Positions 19,651-29,845 of a DNA stretch of 64,000 nucleotides are shown piece by piece. Origin of the DNA: an uncultured virus (IMG/VR IMGVR_UViG_2648501187_000001) (Duplodnaviria; Heunggongvirae; Uroviricota; Caudoviricetes). The DNA is taken from IMG/VR virus record IMGVR_UViG_2648501187_000001, one strand, 5' to 3'. Position numbers and translations under genes: made by a program. The notes under the pieces are model-generated. The model saw nothing but the letters and a program-made list of their open reading frames with translations. It was not told the origin of the DNA and made no database searches. Position 1 is the stretch's first letter. The number at the start of each line of letters is the position of its first letter.

Positions 19651-20104
19651 CCCAGCATCGTTCCAGCCATGCGCGGCTTTTCACCTGCTTCATGCCCAGT
19701 TCTCTTTTGCAATAGTCGGAGGGCTTCAGCCGTTTGGAGCCGTTCGTGTATTTGCCGTACATGCCCTCGTTGATGATGACCAGCATTTCGATTTCGGGAT
19801 GGGTTCGCAGGTTCACGACCTCGGCCGCATGCTCGTAGCCTCGAGGTATGCGCAGTACATCCGAGTCCGAGTCGACTATACATATGATCAGCAGCGGGTG
19901 TTTGCCGTATGACATGTTGAGGAACCGGTCGAGCATCCGCTTCGATTCCTTGCGGGTGAAATACCATGTGCCTCGCAGCTGATTAGGCACGATAAGCTCG
20001 TTCGGCACGGTCAGTTCGCCGCGTTCGATAAGGGTCGTGAGTATGTACTGTTCGGCCACGCCCTCGCAGACGAACAGCACATACTGGCCTTCCGCATTAA
20101 GCAT
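19650..20104 (-). pseudogene. TOPRIM/RloB-like partner of the AAA ATPase, 3' end replaced by the IS remnant
   Basis: FVCEGVAE and IVDSD motifs, THPEIEMLVI. The frame then runs on into the antisense of the IS fragment. Confidence 0.6.
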
Positions 20105-21278
20105 GCACGTACCTTTCCGCATAATCCTGGAGGGCGCGGACGGCCGCGTATGAGGGCGCGGTACCGGGTACCCGGTTGGCGAAGAAGGAAACGCTCTTCT
20201 TCAAATCGGTGCGGCCCAGGTATGCGCCCAGATTCCGGAGGGCGAAGCCTTTTCCATCGCGGACGGCGAACCATATCGAATCCTTGCGGGTGAAATGATC
20301 CAGCAGCTCCGGATAGTGGGTGGAGAACAGGAGCGTGGCCCCATGCGGGTTCGTGACCGGGGAGGCGAACAGGTCCATGATGGCGAATACGAGCTGCTTG
20401 TTGATGCTGTTCTCCAGTTCGTCCACAATCAGATAGCCACCCGCGCGCAGTGTCTCCAATGCTCGGCCGACCAGTGCGCCGCCTCTCAGGGTACCGGATG
20501 AGACCATGTTGACCAGCGAGTTCGGGGTGACCTCCCGCTCCTTGCCCTCATTGCGGAATTTCAGATGGATTCCGTCCTTGTCGTAGTCGAGACGTTCGAT
20601 GCTGGCATCGAACAGCGTCACGACGGGGCGGGCCGGGCTGACGGTGAGCGTCGGGGACACCGGCAGCAGTTCGGTCGCGATGTCGGTGTCCTTGACGAAG
20701 GCCCCGCAAATACTCCGGTCGGGCGGCAGATACCGTTTCGCGTCGGCGGACAGTTCGCCCCGGACGCCGGGCCTGCCCACGTTGCGGGATGAGAGCACGG
20801 TCCACCGTTCCGGATCCAACGTGCCGTTCATGGCGGAGGCAAGCATTTTCTTGCTGAGCTTGCCATGGTGGATGCTCAGGGTCTCACGGATGAACCTCAA
20901 CGGCGTGCGACCCTCGCCTGTCCGCTCGAGCAGGCTGTCGATGAGATGGAAGCGACCGTCCTGTTCGAACAGCGCGCGCACCCCGATCCGGTCGTCCATG
21001 GTGTCGTACAAAGGGAACAGGTCGGGGTTCAACGATCCCAGCGACATGCCGCCGGCGACGGCGAGGGCGAGTTCGGTGACCCTCAACGCGGTGGTCTTGC
21101 CGGAGGCGTTGATGCCGGCGACGCCGATGGCCGTGTTGATGCTGATGTTGCGTGCGGCGCCGTCGAGCATGTGCGTGTATCCGGGTTCCCTTACGGCGTC
21201 GATGGCGTACAGATCCATCCTGCATTCATGGTTTTCGTATAGGCGCAGGCCGCTGATGGCGTAGCTCAACAACCTCAT
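20097..21278 (-). CDS. AAA_21/AbiEii-like (RloA-like) ABC ATPase
   Basis: Walker A GINASGKTT, signature VSSGT, Walker B LIVDELE, LLFSTHYPEL. Confidence 0.88.
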   Translation of the reverse strand: MRLLSYAISGLRLYENHECRMDLYAIDAVREPGYTHMLDGAARNISINTAIGVAGINASGKTTALRVTELALAVAGGMSLGSLNPDLFPLYDTMDDRIGVRALFEQDGRFHLIDSLLERTGEGRTPLRFIRETLSIHHGKLSKKMLASAMNGTLDPERWTVLSSRNVGRPGVRGELSADAKRYLPPDRSICGAFVKDTDIATELLPVSPTLTVSPARPVVTLFDASIERLDYDKDGIHLKFRNEGKEREVTPNSLVNMVSSGTLRGGALVGRALETLRAGGYLIVDELENSINKQLVFAIMDLFASPVTNPHGATLLFSTHYPELLDHFTRKDSIWFAVRDGKGFALRNLGAYLGRTDLKKSVSFFANRVPGTAPSYAAVRALQDYAERYVHA

Positions 21279-21390
21279 GCTTTCTCCCTTGTAAACGTTT
21301 TTTCTGTATACATAGGCTATCACTGAATGGAGACCGTCGATACCCGGAAACCGTCAGATCGCCTCCCCCCCCCTGACTCCCAGGCAGCCG

Positions 21391-22789
21391 GGCGAGTTCT
21401 AGTGATCGTTGCAACACCTGACCTACCGCAAGGAGGGTCAGGTGACCAGAAGCCACCGAAACGAAGACCGTGGCGGGGAACACCGTTGGACGTTCAACGG
21501 CGTCGAATATCCGACGAGGAAGCTGATGTGCGAGGCGAGACGCGCCGAGTACGTGCGCCTGCTGGACGAGGAAGGCATGAACTTCACCCAGGCCGCGCAC
21601 GCGGTCGGCGTCTCGAAACGCACCGGCAAGGCGTGGCGCAACGGCAGGACGCGCGCCACGGGAAGGAACGAGAAACCCCTGGTGGACTGGTATCGTTCCA
21701 CCATGGACAAACCCAAGACCCTCCATCCGCGCTACCTGAGCCAGGAGGAGCGCATCCAGATCGCGGACCGTCTGCGTCTGGGCGATTCGATCCGCGCCAT
21801 CGCCCGCCTGCTGGGCCGCGACCCCGGCACGGTCAGCCGCGAGGTCGAGCGCAACAGGAATCCCGAGTCCGGCGGTTACGAGCCCTGCCGCGCCCAGCAG
21901 AAGGCCGCGGACCGGCTCAAACGCCCCAAACCGCGCAAGGCGGCCGAGGGCACGCGACTGTGGGACGAGATCGCCGCCGGGTTGCGCAGGCATTGGAGCC
22001 CGGAGCAGATAGCCAACCGGCTGAGGCTGGACTTCCCGGATAATGGGGATATGCACGCGAGCGTCGAGACGATCTACCAGGCCATCTACCTGCAGGCCAG
22101 GGGCGAACTCAAGCAGGAGCTGAAACGCGCCATGAGGCAGGGGCGAACCGCCCGCAGACCCCAAGGCGGCCAAGGCCGCAAACCCCGTTTCCGCGAACCC
22201 ATGGCCATGATCTCGGAGCGACCCCCGGAGATCGAGGACCGGGCGGTCCCGGGCCACTGGGAGGGCGATCTCATCACCGGCAGCCGCAACAAAAGCGCCA
22301 TCGGCACGCTCGTCGAGCGCACCACCAGGTTCACGATCCTGCTGCACCTGCCCGACGGGCACGACGCCGAACACGTCCAGCAGGCCATCATCGACAAGAT
22401 GCAGCACCTGCCCAAACTCCTGCGCAACAGCCTGACCTGGGACCAGGGAGCGGAACTCGCCCTGCACAAACGGATCGGCGCCTCGCTGGACATGGCCGTC
22501 TACTTCTGCGACCCGCACTCCCCGTGGCAGCGCGGCACCAACGAGAACACCAACGGGCTCCTGCGCCAGTACTTCCCCAAAGGCACCGACCTATCCGTCT
22601 ACCCGGAGGACTACCTCGACGCGGTCGCCGAGGAACTCAACGACCGGCCACGCAAAACCCTCGGGTTCATGAAACCAAGCGAGAAGATCATCGAACTGCT
22701 CGACGCCGCGTGATAACCTCAACAACCGACAACGTGACCATGGAAGGCCGCTCAAACCTCAGGTGTTGCAACCACCACTAGAATCTGCC
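21391..22789 (+). mobile_element. IS30-family insertion sequence (1399 bp)
   Basis: Imperfect terminal IRs GGCGAGTTCTAGTGATCGTTGCAACACCTGA and GGCAGATTCTAGTGGTGGTTGCAACACCTGA. 3-bp target duplication CCG. Confidence 0.95.
21409..22713 (+). CDS. IS30-family transposase
   Basis: GHWEGDLI, SLTWDQGAE and PWQRGTNENTNGLLRQYFPK DDE motifs. Start codon uncertain. Confidence 0.95.
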   Translation: MQHLTYRKEGQVTRSHRNEDRGGEHRWTFNGVEYPTRKLMCEARRAEYVRLLDEEGMNFTQAAHAVGVSKRTGKAWRNGRTRATGRNEKPLVDWYRSTMDKPKTLHPRYLSQEERIQIADRLRLGDSIRAIARLLGRDPGTVSREVERNRNPESGGYEPCRAQQKAADRLKRPKPRKAAEGTRLWDEIAAGLRRHWSPEQIANRLRLDFPDNGDMHASVETIYQAIYLQARGELKQELKRAMRQGRTARRPQGGQGRKPRFREPMAMISERPPEIEDRAVPGHWEGDLITGSRNKSAIGTLVERTTRFTILLHLPDGHDAEHVQQAIIDKMQHLPKLLRNSLTWDQGAELALHKRIGASLDMAVYFCDPHSPWQRGTNENTNGLLRQYFPKGTDLSVYPEDYLDAVAEELNDRPRKTLGFMKPSEKIIELLDAA

Positions 22790-23805
22790 CCGGGCGTCGC
22801 CGTCCGTTTCGGGTCGGGCATGAACTGAGCCGGATTATTCCCGATCGCCGTCAGCAACGCATCCATGTCGAGCGCGTACAGGCCGCTGTTCGACTGCGGG
22901 TTCAGCTCGATCACATGCGGCCGCCCGGCATCATCCAGATACAGGTCCATCACGTATGGGCCTTCGACTTCGCCGCGTATCGCATGCGCCGCCTCGTGCG
23001 CGAACTGCTCATACAACCGTGCGATGTCGGGATGCGATTCGATGCGCCCGCTGTTGCGCGTCTCCTCCATCCGCGGATCATACCGGTTCCCACGATTGTC
23101 GGCGGGCGTGAACCGTTCGATGCAGCCGGCGCCGCACACCGGTTCCCCGCCTATCACCTGCATCCGGTATTCGTAGCGCATGCGCGCCTTTTGCTGGACG
23201 AGCACCGCGTCCGGCTCGCCCTCGAACAGTGCGAGATCGTAGCCGGCCCACCGCCAGGCGGCGAACGGGATACGCTCCGGCTTCCCGCCATACTCGTCCG
23301 TCTGCATGAACGTGCCGTCCGGGTCGATGAACGCGAGCGGCAGGCGTTTCTCCCTGAGCATGAACTTGGCGACCACGCCCGCACCGGGATGACGGTCGAG
23401 CATGCCCCGCACCGCCGCATCGATCATGTCCCCGTCGCAGGCGACGGATCGCGCGTCGCGCCCCAGAAACGGGCGCAACGCGGGCATGAGATCCCACCGG
23501 TCGACGTTCGAGGCGGGCAACGTCAGCTGATCCATATACGGCCTGATTCTCACCACGCCGTAATGGGCTAGCGTCATCGGATCCGGCCCCCCGTAAGGCC
23601 GGCCCGCCACCCTTACATGCGGGTCCGGGAGGATACGTGTCGCGGCCTCCAGGCGCGCCGCCTGTTCGCGCCAATCCTCCGGATCCCCGTCGCCCGGCAC
23701 GGCCTCGCCGACGTATCGTCCCCATGCGGCGCGATACGCTTCCGGCGCGTCCATCACGTCGGGCGGGCACGCCTGGGGGATGATGTCGATGAGCCAGTCG
23801 GTCAT
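22759..23805 (-). CDS. ATP-grasp protein (DUF4343/R2K-like), last residues replaced by IS30
   Basis: MRYEYR...YVMDLYLD...HVIELNPQSNSGLY. Removing the IS restores the C-terminus ...ATPGCLGVRGGEAI*. Confidence 0.75.
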   Translation of the reverse strand: MTDWLIDIIPQACPPDVMDAPEAYRAAWGRYVGEAVPGDGDPEDWREQAARLEAATRILPDPHVRVAGRPYGGPDPMTLAHYGVVRIRPYMDQLTLPASNVDRWDLMPALRPFLGRDARSVACDGDMIDAAVRGMLDRHPGAGVVAKFMLREKRLPLAFIDPDGTFMQTDEYGGKPERIPFAAWRWAGYDLALFEGEPDAVLVQQKARMRYEYRMQVIGGEPVCGAGCIERFTPADNRGNRYDPRMEETRNSGRIESHPDIARLYEQFAHEAAHAIRGEVEGPYVMDLYLDDAGRPHVIELNPQSNSGLYALDMDALLTAIGNNPAQFMPDPKRTATPGADSSGGCNT

Positions 23806-24185
23806 TCGAAATCCTTATCGGTCAGCAGATGCCCGTTCTGGTTGAGCATCAGCATGTCGCCGTGCGGATGCCGTTCGCGTAGGCCGCGCGCGGCATCCGC
23901 GCCGCATCCCGCATATTCGAGCGAATACATGCTGTCGGGAGAACCCAGATCGAGGTGCAACGGGTCGGAATCACCCAGTATGTACCGGTCCAACGCCTTC
24001 ATGACCAGTCGGAACGCCTCATATCGGGAGGGCAGGCCGGGCAGTCTTTCCCCATCCGGCATCGCCCCTGTGAAGATGGTGATGCCGAGCATTTCCGTTG
24101 GTTGTTCAACCCAGCCCACATACTGGTCGACCAGCCGCCAACAGGTGCAACCGGATTCGTATGCTGCGAATGTTTCAGAGTCCAT
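23802..24185 (-). CDS. Hypothetical protein
   Basis: TAATG coupling with Lar and ATGA overlap with the ATP-grasp gene. Confidence 0.65.
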   Translation of the reverse strand: MDSETFAAYESGCTCWRLVDQYVGWVEQPTEMLGITIFTGAMPDGERLPGLPSRYEAFRLVMKALDRYILGDSDPLHLDLGSPDSMYSLEYAGCGADAARGLRERHPHGDMLMLNQNGHLLTDKDFE

Positions 24186-24463
24186 TATTTCCTTCCAGTT
24201 CGGGTATCCAGTCCTCTCCTGTTCCATTTCTCGACCGCCGAATGCAGGCAGGTGACGCGGGTCTGGAACGACGGGTCGATCGGAACGTGCCGGCCGGGCA
24301 TGTTCCCGCCGCAGTCGCATCGCACCGTGTACCGTTCCGTCGTATCGTCCACATCATCGTCGATTCGTGGAGTGCCGCCGCAGAACGGGCATGGTCTCAA
24401 CGTCTCGTGTTCGACCGTCGCATGCCTGTTGTTGCGGGAATCCCATATTCTCGTGGTTTCCAT
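24185..24463 (-). CDS. Lar-family restriction alleviation protein
   Basis: LRPCPFCGG...VRCDCGG...AVEKWNRR. Confidence 0.8.
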   Translation of the reverse strand: METTRIWDSRNNRHATVEHETLRPCPFCGGTPRIDDDVDDTTERYTVRCDCGGNMPGRHVPIDPSFQTRVTCLHSAVEKWNRRGLDTRTGRK

Positions 24464-25299
24464 CAGAGTCTGCCCTTCCGCCTGTTTCGTTCCAGACAGT
24501 CGTCCATCGCCCGTTCGACCTCCTCATCCGTGATGCCGAACGCGGTGATCAGGTTGCCGACCGTCTGCAACACGTCGGCCAGCTCGCCGAGCATGGCCTG
24601 ACGACGCTGGTCGCGCACGTGGTCATGCCAGTCGGCCTGCGCCTTGTCCAGGTCGATATCGGGTTCGTCGCCCACGGCCGCGCCATGAATGTTCAGACAG
24701 TTCACGACGCCGATGAACTGGCCGTCGATGCCGCTCGGGTCTGTCGGGTCGCTGGCTTTCAGGTATTGTTTGCAGGCCTCCACCAGTTCGGCGCTCTCCT
24801 CAAGGTTCTTCACGGCAAGCCACTTGTCCTGTTCCATGCGTCCGAACGATCGGACATCCGGGAGATGCACGGTGCGGCTCCCCTCATGAATCGGAGTGGA
24901 ATCGTCGGAGGCCGGCTTCCACGGGACCTCTTCGACGGCTTGGAGCGAATACCGGGCGTACGGGCCATGTTTGGACAATTCCCAGGGGTCGTTTCCGAGT
25001 TCTTCTGCCATCCAGTCATGGTCGTCCCGGATTCTCCATACCCGTCGTCCGCCGGACAGGAAGTACAGGCTCCCGTCCTTGTCCATCCACAGTCCGGGAA
25101 GATTCGGGACCGGCGCGGAGCCGACCGGAACTCCGGGCTGGAGCCTCGTATACGGGCCGATGGCATCCAAAGCACGAACCTTCGCGCCCGGGCCGAACAG
25201 GAGCATGGCGGGTTCGCCGTCATCGTGGAACATCACGCCGTATCCGCCATGTGCGGCCTTCCACAGTCCGGGCGCATCCGGTTTCTCATGGCCGCTCAT
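24463..25299 (-). CDS. Protein with C-terminal MazG-like nucleotide pyrophosphohydrolase domain
   Basis: KNLEESAELVEA...MLGELADVLQ...ERNRRKGR (ExxE...ExxD). Confidence 0.75.
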   Translation of the reverse strand: MSGHEKPDAPGLWKAAHGGYGVMFHDDGEPAMLLFGPGAKVRALDAIGPYTRLQPGVPVGSAPVPNLPGLWMDKDGSLYFLSGGRRVWRIRDDHDWMAEELGNDPWELSKHGPYARYSLQAVEEVPWKPASDDSTPIHEGSRTVHLPDVRSFGRMEQDKWLAVKNLEESAELVEACKQYLKASDPTDPSGIDGQFIGVVNCLNIHGAAVGDEPDIDLDKAQADWHDHVRDQRRQAMLGELADVLQTVGNLITAFGITDEEVERAMDDCLERNRRKGRL

Positions 25300-25523
25300 T
25301 CGTCTTCTCCCATCTGCTCGTCCAGCCATGTTTCGGCCTCGTTCAGGGTCGAGCATTGTCTCCGGATGCTGTTCTCCACGCCGTTCGGCTGGCGGACGAG
25401 CAGTATCGCCGTGTATCCGCCGACCATGCTCGCCACGACGCCGCCGCGCCGGGTGCGGGTGCGTCTGGGATGCTCCCACATGCGCGGCAGGCCGACGCGC
25501 GCCTCATGCTCGATCAGCGTCAT
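25296..25523 (-). CDS. Hypothetical protein
   Basis: Coupled 75-aa ORF, GAGG SD. Confidence 0.6.
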   Translation of the reverse strand: MTLIEHEARVGLPRMWEHPRRTRTRRGGVVASMVGGYTAILLVRQPNGVENSIRRQCSTLNEAETWLDEQMGEDE

Positions 25524-25987
25524 GCGTCCTCCTCTTCCTTCGGATGGCTCGCACCGTCATGGTCCAGGTATTTCACATGCAACCGGGTCGATTCGCGTAT
25601 GGGCAGGGAGTCCACCCAATGCTCGATTGTGGCCCTTTTCGCCCGGTTCAGCCATGCCTCGTACGCATCCGATGCCTCGCCCGACGTCAACCCGACCGCG
25701 TCGCGCAGCATGGCCGTGACCGCCATGCAGACCATGTCGTCGGTCAGCGGGAGACCGCCCTCCACATGCTTGGGGCCGATATCCACCGATTTGACGCCAT
25801 CAGGCATCGAACCGTCAGGCAGGAGCGCCGTCTTGAAGAATTCGCCGGGAATCCTGACTCCAACTGTCCCGTCCTGCAGGGTGACGGCCTTCCCGGTCAG
25901 CTCCGTGCCGTTCTCGTAATGGATGGTGGCAATAGGATTCTCGTCTGGTTTCGACTCGCCCATGACTTGCCTTTTTCCATCGTTCAT
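25520..25987 (-). CDS. Hypothetical protein
   Basis: Coupled ORF. Confidence 0.65.
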   Translation of the reverse strand: MNDGKRQVMGESKPDENPIATIHYENGTELTGKAVTLQDGTVGVRIPGEFFKTALLPDGSMPDGVKSVDIGPKHVEGGLPLTDDMVCMAVTAMLRDAVGLTSGEASDAYEAWLNRAKRATIEHWVDSLPIRESTRLHVKYLDHDGASHPKEEEDA

Positions 25988-26676
25988 CTTGTTTGTCCTT
26001 TCGATTCGATTGAGTTCAGATCGTACGATTGTTCGCCAATCAGTTCGCGCAGCTCATACATCTTGTTTTCGATATCATGCCGTCGGGCTTCCATTCGGCT
26101 GGCATCCTCTTTGCTGAAACGCGGTAGCCGAGAAAATGATTGGGTTAGTAGATTCTCCGTTTCGGCGAGCTGACGGCGGGCCACGCGCAGCAGGGTCCGG
26201 GATTCGATGAGACGGGAGGCGTTGATGGCCGGCACCGGTTCGTCCGGCTGGTCTTCCACAGGTCTGACCCTGACGAAGCCCGGTTGGGCGAACCGGTAGC
26301 CGGAATCGCCGAACACGTATTCCAGGCCACGGCCGCCGGCCCGGATGCCCAATACGCCGTCAAACGGTTCCAGCGGCCCCTCGAACGCCCCACGCCGTCC
26401 CCCGAATTCGACGCGCACCCGGACTCCTTCCAGCTCGTCCAGAAAACGACCCTGCCAGAACGGCTCCTCGGGACGCAGACGCACATGGTCGACTTCTTCC
26501 ATGAGCCGCACGCCATCGCCCTTGTCCTTCCGTGTGAAGACGCATGTATCGTCTACCGTCAGATAATCCCCAAAACGGACGAACGGGCCGATATGCCGGC
26601 TGCCGTCCGAGGTCACGGCCGCGGCCTCCAACCCAATCAGATCGTCGAACAGGTAACGGTCCCACCATTCAGACAT
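25984..26676 (-). CDS. Hypothetical protein with two similar N-terminal modules and a coiled-coil tail
   Basis: WDRYLFDDLIGLEA vs WQGRFLDELEGVRV internal similarity. Confidence 0.7.
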   Translation of the reverse strand: MSEWWDRYLFDDLIGLEAAAVTSDGSRHIGPFVRFGDYLTVDDTCVFTRKDKGDGVRLMEEVDHVRLRPEEPFWQGRFLDELEGVRVRVEFGGRRGAFEGPLEPFDGVLGIRAGGRGLEYVFGDSGYRFAQPGFVRVRPVEDQPDEPVPAINASRLIESRTLLRVARRQLAETENLLTQSFSRLPRFSKEDASRMEARRHDIENKMYELRELIGEQSYDLNSIESKGQTR

Positions 26677-26918
26677 GATCCTGCCTTTCCTCCTCCCTGT
26701 GGCGCCATGCGTCGCAGGCGGCGCATCTGTCGTTTTCGCCCAAGGCCGCGTACGCGCCGCAATCCGTGCAGAATCCTCTGTGCATCAGCGAATCTCCTTG
26801 AGTTCGGCCTTCAACCTGCGGACGACGAGCAGGCCGTGCCCGCCGTCCATTCCACCGGCCGTTCCCCGTCGCGGCCGTCGCAAGGTTCGGCCGGTCCGAC
26901 GATCCCCGATTCAGGCAA

Positions 26919-26966
26919 TTGACTTCCTCCCCACGGCTGAAGCCTGTGGTCTTACGGCGCGATTCG
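26919..26966 (-). mobile_element. 48-bp IS605-derived mini element (fused left and right ends, PATE-like)
   Basis: TTAT|CGAATCGCGCCGTAAGACCACAGGCTTCAGCCGTGGGGAGGAAGTCAA. The 5' part matches the left end and the 3' part the right end of the adjacent IS605. Confidence 0.75.
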
Positions 26967-27272
26967 ATAAGTCCATCAGAAAAATCCTTCCAAAACGGAT
27001 AGGCCGAGGAACAACAGCCACGAGACCAGCTCCGAGAACATGATCGTGAACGCGATGGCCGCATGCAATCGTCCCAACCTCAGGTCTTTCGATCTGAGCA
27101 GCGGCGCCAGAGGAATGAGTGCGAGAAGATTGGCTCCGACCCACATGATTCGAACATAGCCCATTGCTTAATCCCATTTCGGTTTGATGGTGGCGACGTG
27201 GCGGGCGACGAGGCCGGTCGGGTCGATGATGGCCGCGTCCAGGGCGGTCCGGTTGTCTTTCAGGTATTTCCC

Positions 27273-27420
27273 TTGACACTCCCCACGGCTGAAGCCGAGG
27301 GGATTCTTGTTTCATCGACCGGTTGCCTTCGAGTCCATGAAGGGCTTACAGGGTCTCCGCAAGCGTTTGGTTTGGACGTGTCCCGCCCTACCGTTTGTTC
27401 AGTTATGTTCTATGCGGCTG
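27273..27420 (-). ncRNA. Predicted TnpB omega-RNA (reRNA) scaffold
   Basis: Lies between the tnpB 3' end and the right-end TCAA, the established position for IS605 TnpB. 5' boundary not determinable. Confidence 0.7.
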
Positions 27421-28564
27421 ATTCGAGCTGGCTGAGAATCCTCAACCCCTCGTCCCTCAGGTTGTTGGCCGCGTTGACATCCCGGTCGTGGAACACACCG
27501 CATTGCGGGCATGTCCATTCGCGTACTTCGAGGTTCTTGACCTCCGGGTTGAGGTATCCGCAGTCGTGGCAGAGCTGGCTGGACGGGTAGAACCTGTCCA
27601 CGTGGATGATTTTGCGCCCGTACCATCCGGCCTTGTAGTCGAGCATGTGCGCGAACTCGCCCCAGGCCGCGTCGCTGATGTGTTTGGCGAGCCTGTGGTT
27701 CCTGATCATGTTCTTCGGCATGAGGGTTTCCATGCAGATGATCGGATGCCTGCGGACGAGCATGGTGGACAGTTTGTCCAACGTGTCGCGCCGCTGGCGC
27801 GCCACCTTCTGCTCGAGTTTGGCGACTTTGATGCGCTGTTTTTCACGGTTGTTGCCGCCCCTTGGTTTTCGGGACAGTTTCCGTTTTTCGCGTCGCAGTC
27901 GTTTCTCGCTCTGCTTGAGATACCGGTGGTTGGGATGTTTCACCTCCTCCGACGTGATGCAGTAGTCCTTCAGTCCGAGGTCGATGCCGATCGCATCGCC
28001 TTTGGCGGGTGCCATGCTTTTGTGGACGCCCGCGCATTTGATGGTCACGTAGTATTCGCCAGCCGGGTTACGGCTGACGGTCGCGGATTTGACCACGCCG
28101 GTCACGGGGCGGCTGACCTTGGCTTTGACCATGCCGAGTTTGGGCAGGCGCACGTGCTTGTCGTCCGCCACGTACACGGTGTGACCGACGTTCTTGGTCG
28201 TGTATGACTGGTGCCTGTTGTGCTTGCCCTTGAACCTCGGATAGCCGGTGGTTCCTTTGTATCCGCCTTTCTTCTTTGATGCAACGCGACGATAGAAGTT
28301 GTCGTACGCGCGGTCCAGATGCTGGAGCACGGCCTGCAGGCTGACGGAATCCACCTCCCTGAGCCACGGGTTTGCGTCCTTCAGCTTGGGCAGGTCCTTC
28401 ATCTGCTTGAACGCGCGCGAGCTTCTGCCGGTCTCCTCGTATTCGACCTGACGCTTGTTGAGGAAATGGTTCCACACCCATCGCGTGCAGCCGAACGTGC
28501 GTTCGATCAGCTGCCGCTGCGCCTGGTTCGGGTAGATGCGGAACTGGTATCCCATGTCCACCAT
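27410..28564 (-). CDS. tnpB: TnpB RNA-guided endonuclease
   Basis: YQFRIYPN, GIDLG (RuvC I), ICMETL (RuvC II), SSQLCHDCG...WTCPQCG zinc finger, HDRDVNAA (RuvC III). Catalytic D-E-D intact. Confidence 0.95.
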   Translation of the reverse strand: MVDMGYQFRIYPNQAQRQLIERTFGCTRWVWNHFLNKRQVEYEETGRSSRAFKQMKDLPKLKDANPWLREVDSVSLQAVLQHLDRAYDNFYRRVASKKKGGYKGTTGYPRFKGKHNRHQSYTTKNVGHTVYVADDKHVRLPKLGMVKAKVSRPVTGVVKSATVSRNPAGEYYVTIKCAGVHKSMAPAKGDAIGIDLGLKDYCITSEEVKHPNHRYLKQSEKRLRREKRKLSRKPRGGNNREKQRIKVAKLEQKVARQRRDTLDKLSTMLVRRHPIICMETLMPKNMIRNHRLAKHISDAAWGEFAHMLDYKAGWYGRKIIHVDRFYPSSQLCHDCGYLNPEVKNLEVREWTCPQCGVFHDRDVNAANNLRDEGLRILSQLESAA

Positions 28565-28583
28565 GAGCGGGAACCTCCTTTCC

Positions 28584-28976
28584 TTACACGTGCTTCTGGT
28601 TCTCTATGTACTGTCTGACGGTCTTCAACGGGGCGCCGCCCACAGTGGACACGAAATACGAGTTCGTCCACAACGTCGGCAGCCGGCTTTTCAGCCACGG
28701 GTACTCGTCGCGCAACAACCGGGATGACCTACCTTTGATCAGGCGCACCGCCCGGTGTATCCCGTACTGGGGGTCCACCTCGACGAGCAGATGCACATGG
28801 TCGGGCATGACCTCCATCTCGATCAGCTCCGCATGTATCTCGGCGCATGTCTCGCGGATGATGTCCTTCAACCGTCCGTCGACCCCGTTCACCAAGACGG
28901 GGCGACGGTATTTCGGACACCATACCACGTGGTATTTGCATGAGTACACCACGTTCCGATTGCTTTTGCACCTCAC
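28584..28976 (-). CDS. tnpA: IS200-type Y1 transposase TnpA
   Basis: YHVVWCPKYRR, PDHVHLL (HUH), LWTNSYF, QYIENQ. Confidence 0.95.
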   Translation of the reverse strand: MRCKSNRNVVYSCKYHVVWCPKYRRPVLVNGVDGRLKDIIRETCAEIHAELIEMEVMPDHVHLLVEVDPQYGIHRAVRLIKGRSSRLLRDEYPWLKSRLPTLWTNSYFVSTVGGAPLKTVRQYIENQKHV

Positions 28977-29845
28977 GAAAACAATTATACAGCAGGAAGC
29001 TATCTAATTAAATCCGGAAAGACGATACACGCCCAAACACCAGAAAAAAACAAAGCGCCTTATATCCCCATGGCTAAAGCCGGGGGCTTTACGGCGCAAA
29101 CCGGTAACGGACGGCGAACCGTTCGAGTATCTTCGGATGGTCCGCGAACATGGTCAGATCCACGAAGAACCGTCCGCGCGGCAGCCGGCCGAGCGTACGC
29201 GCGGTGATCGCCCACAGTTCGCGTCCCGACCGTTCCAATGCGCCGGTCCCGTTGGCGACGACGGGGCGCAACGGGAGGAACCCCGGATGCCGGTCCGCCC
29301 GGTCGAGCAGGCCGAGCCGGTCGGGGAACCGCATGCCGGTCAGGTTCACGCCATAATCGACGGGCCTGTCGAGCCGGCTATGGTAGGCGAACAGGAATTG
29401 GGTGCCGAGCAGGCGGATGCCGGTCGCATCCAGGAGAACATCGCCTGTCAGGGCGTTCAGCGTGTTCGCGAGACGTTTCGCCGTGTTCTCGCCCGGCGTC
29501 GGCTCCGACGGGATGATGAGGCCCCCATCCGGGGTCTCCGCGATGAAGCAGGCGCATCCTTTGGCCATCTCCATGGGTTTCATGCCGTCGGCGATCGGGT
29601 TCGGCTCCCACTTGTCGCCATCCGTGAGATGACGTGCGCAGGATTCCAGATCCGAGAGGAGCGCGTCCGCGTTCATGTACGTGTCGTACAGGCGTCGCCA
29701 ATGGGCGCGAACCTGTTCCATGATCTTCGGATCGTCGCAGGACAGATGGCCTATCCCGTTCTCCGCGTCGTTGATGGCGGCGGCGAGCCCGCGGCGGGCG
29801 ACCGCCAGCATCATCCTCGCCTCGGTGTTCTGTTCGAGCGTGAAA

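Larger units (their letters stand above)
27273..29103 (-). mobile_element. IS200/IS605-family element (tnpA-tnpB), inserted 3' of TTAC
   Basis: Left-end hairpin at about 29065-29085, right-end hairpin and terminal TCAA at 27273-27305, no target duplication. The empty site restores an ORF. Confidence 0.93.

Noticed and set aside
21365..21373. C9 tract as a phase-variation site
   Set aside because: It falls in the last codons of the ATP-grasp gene, already separated by IS30, so a length change would have little effect.
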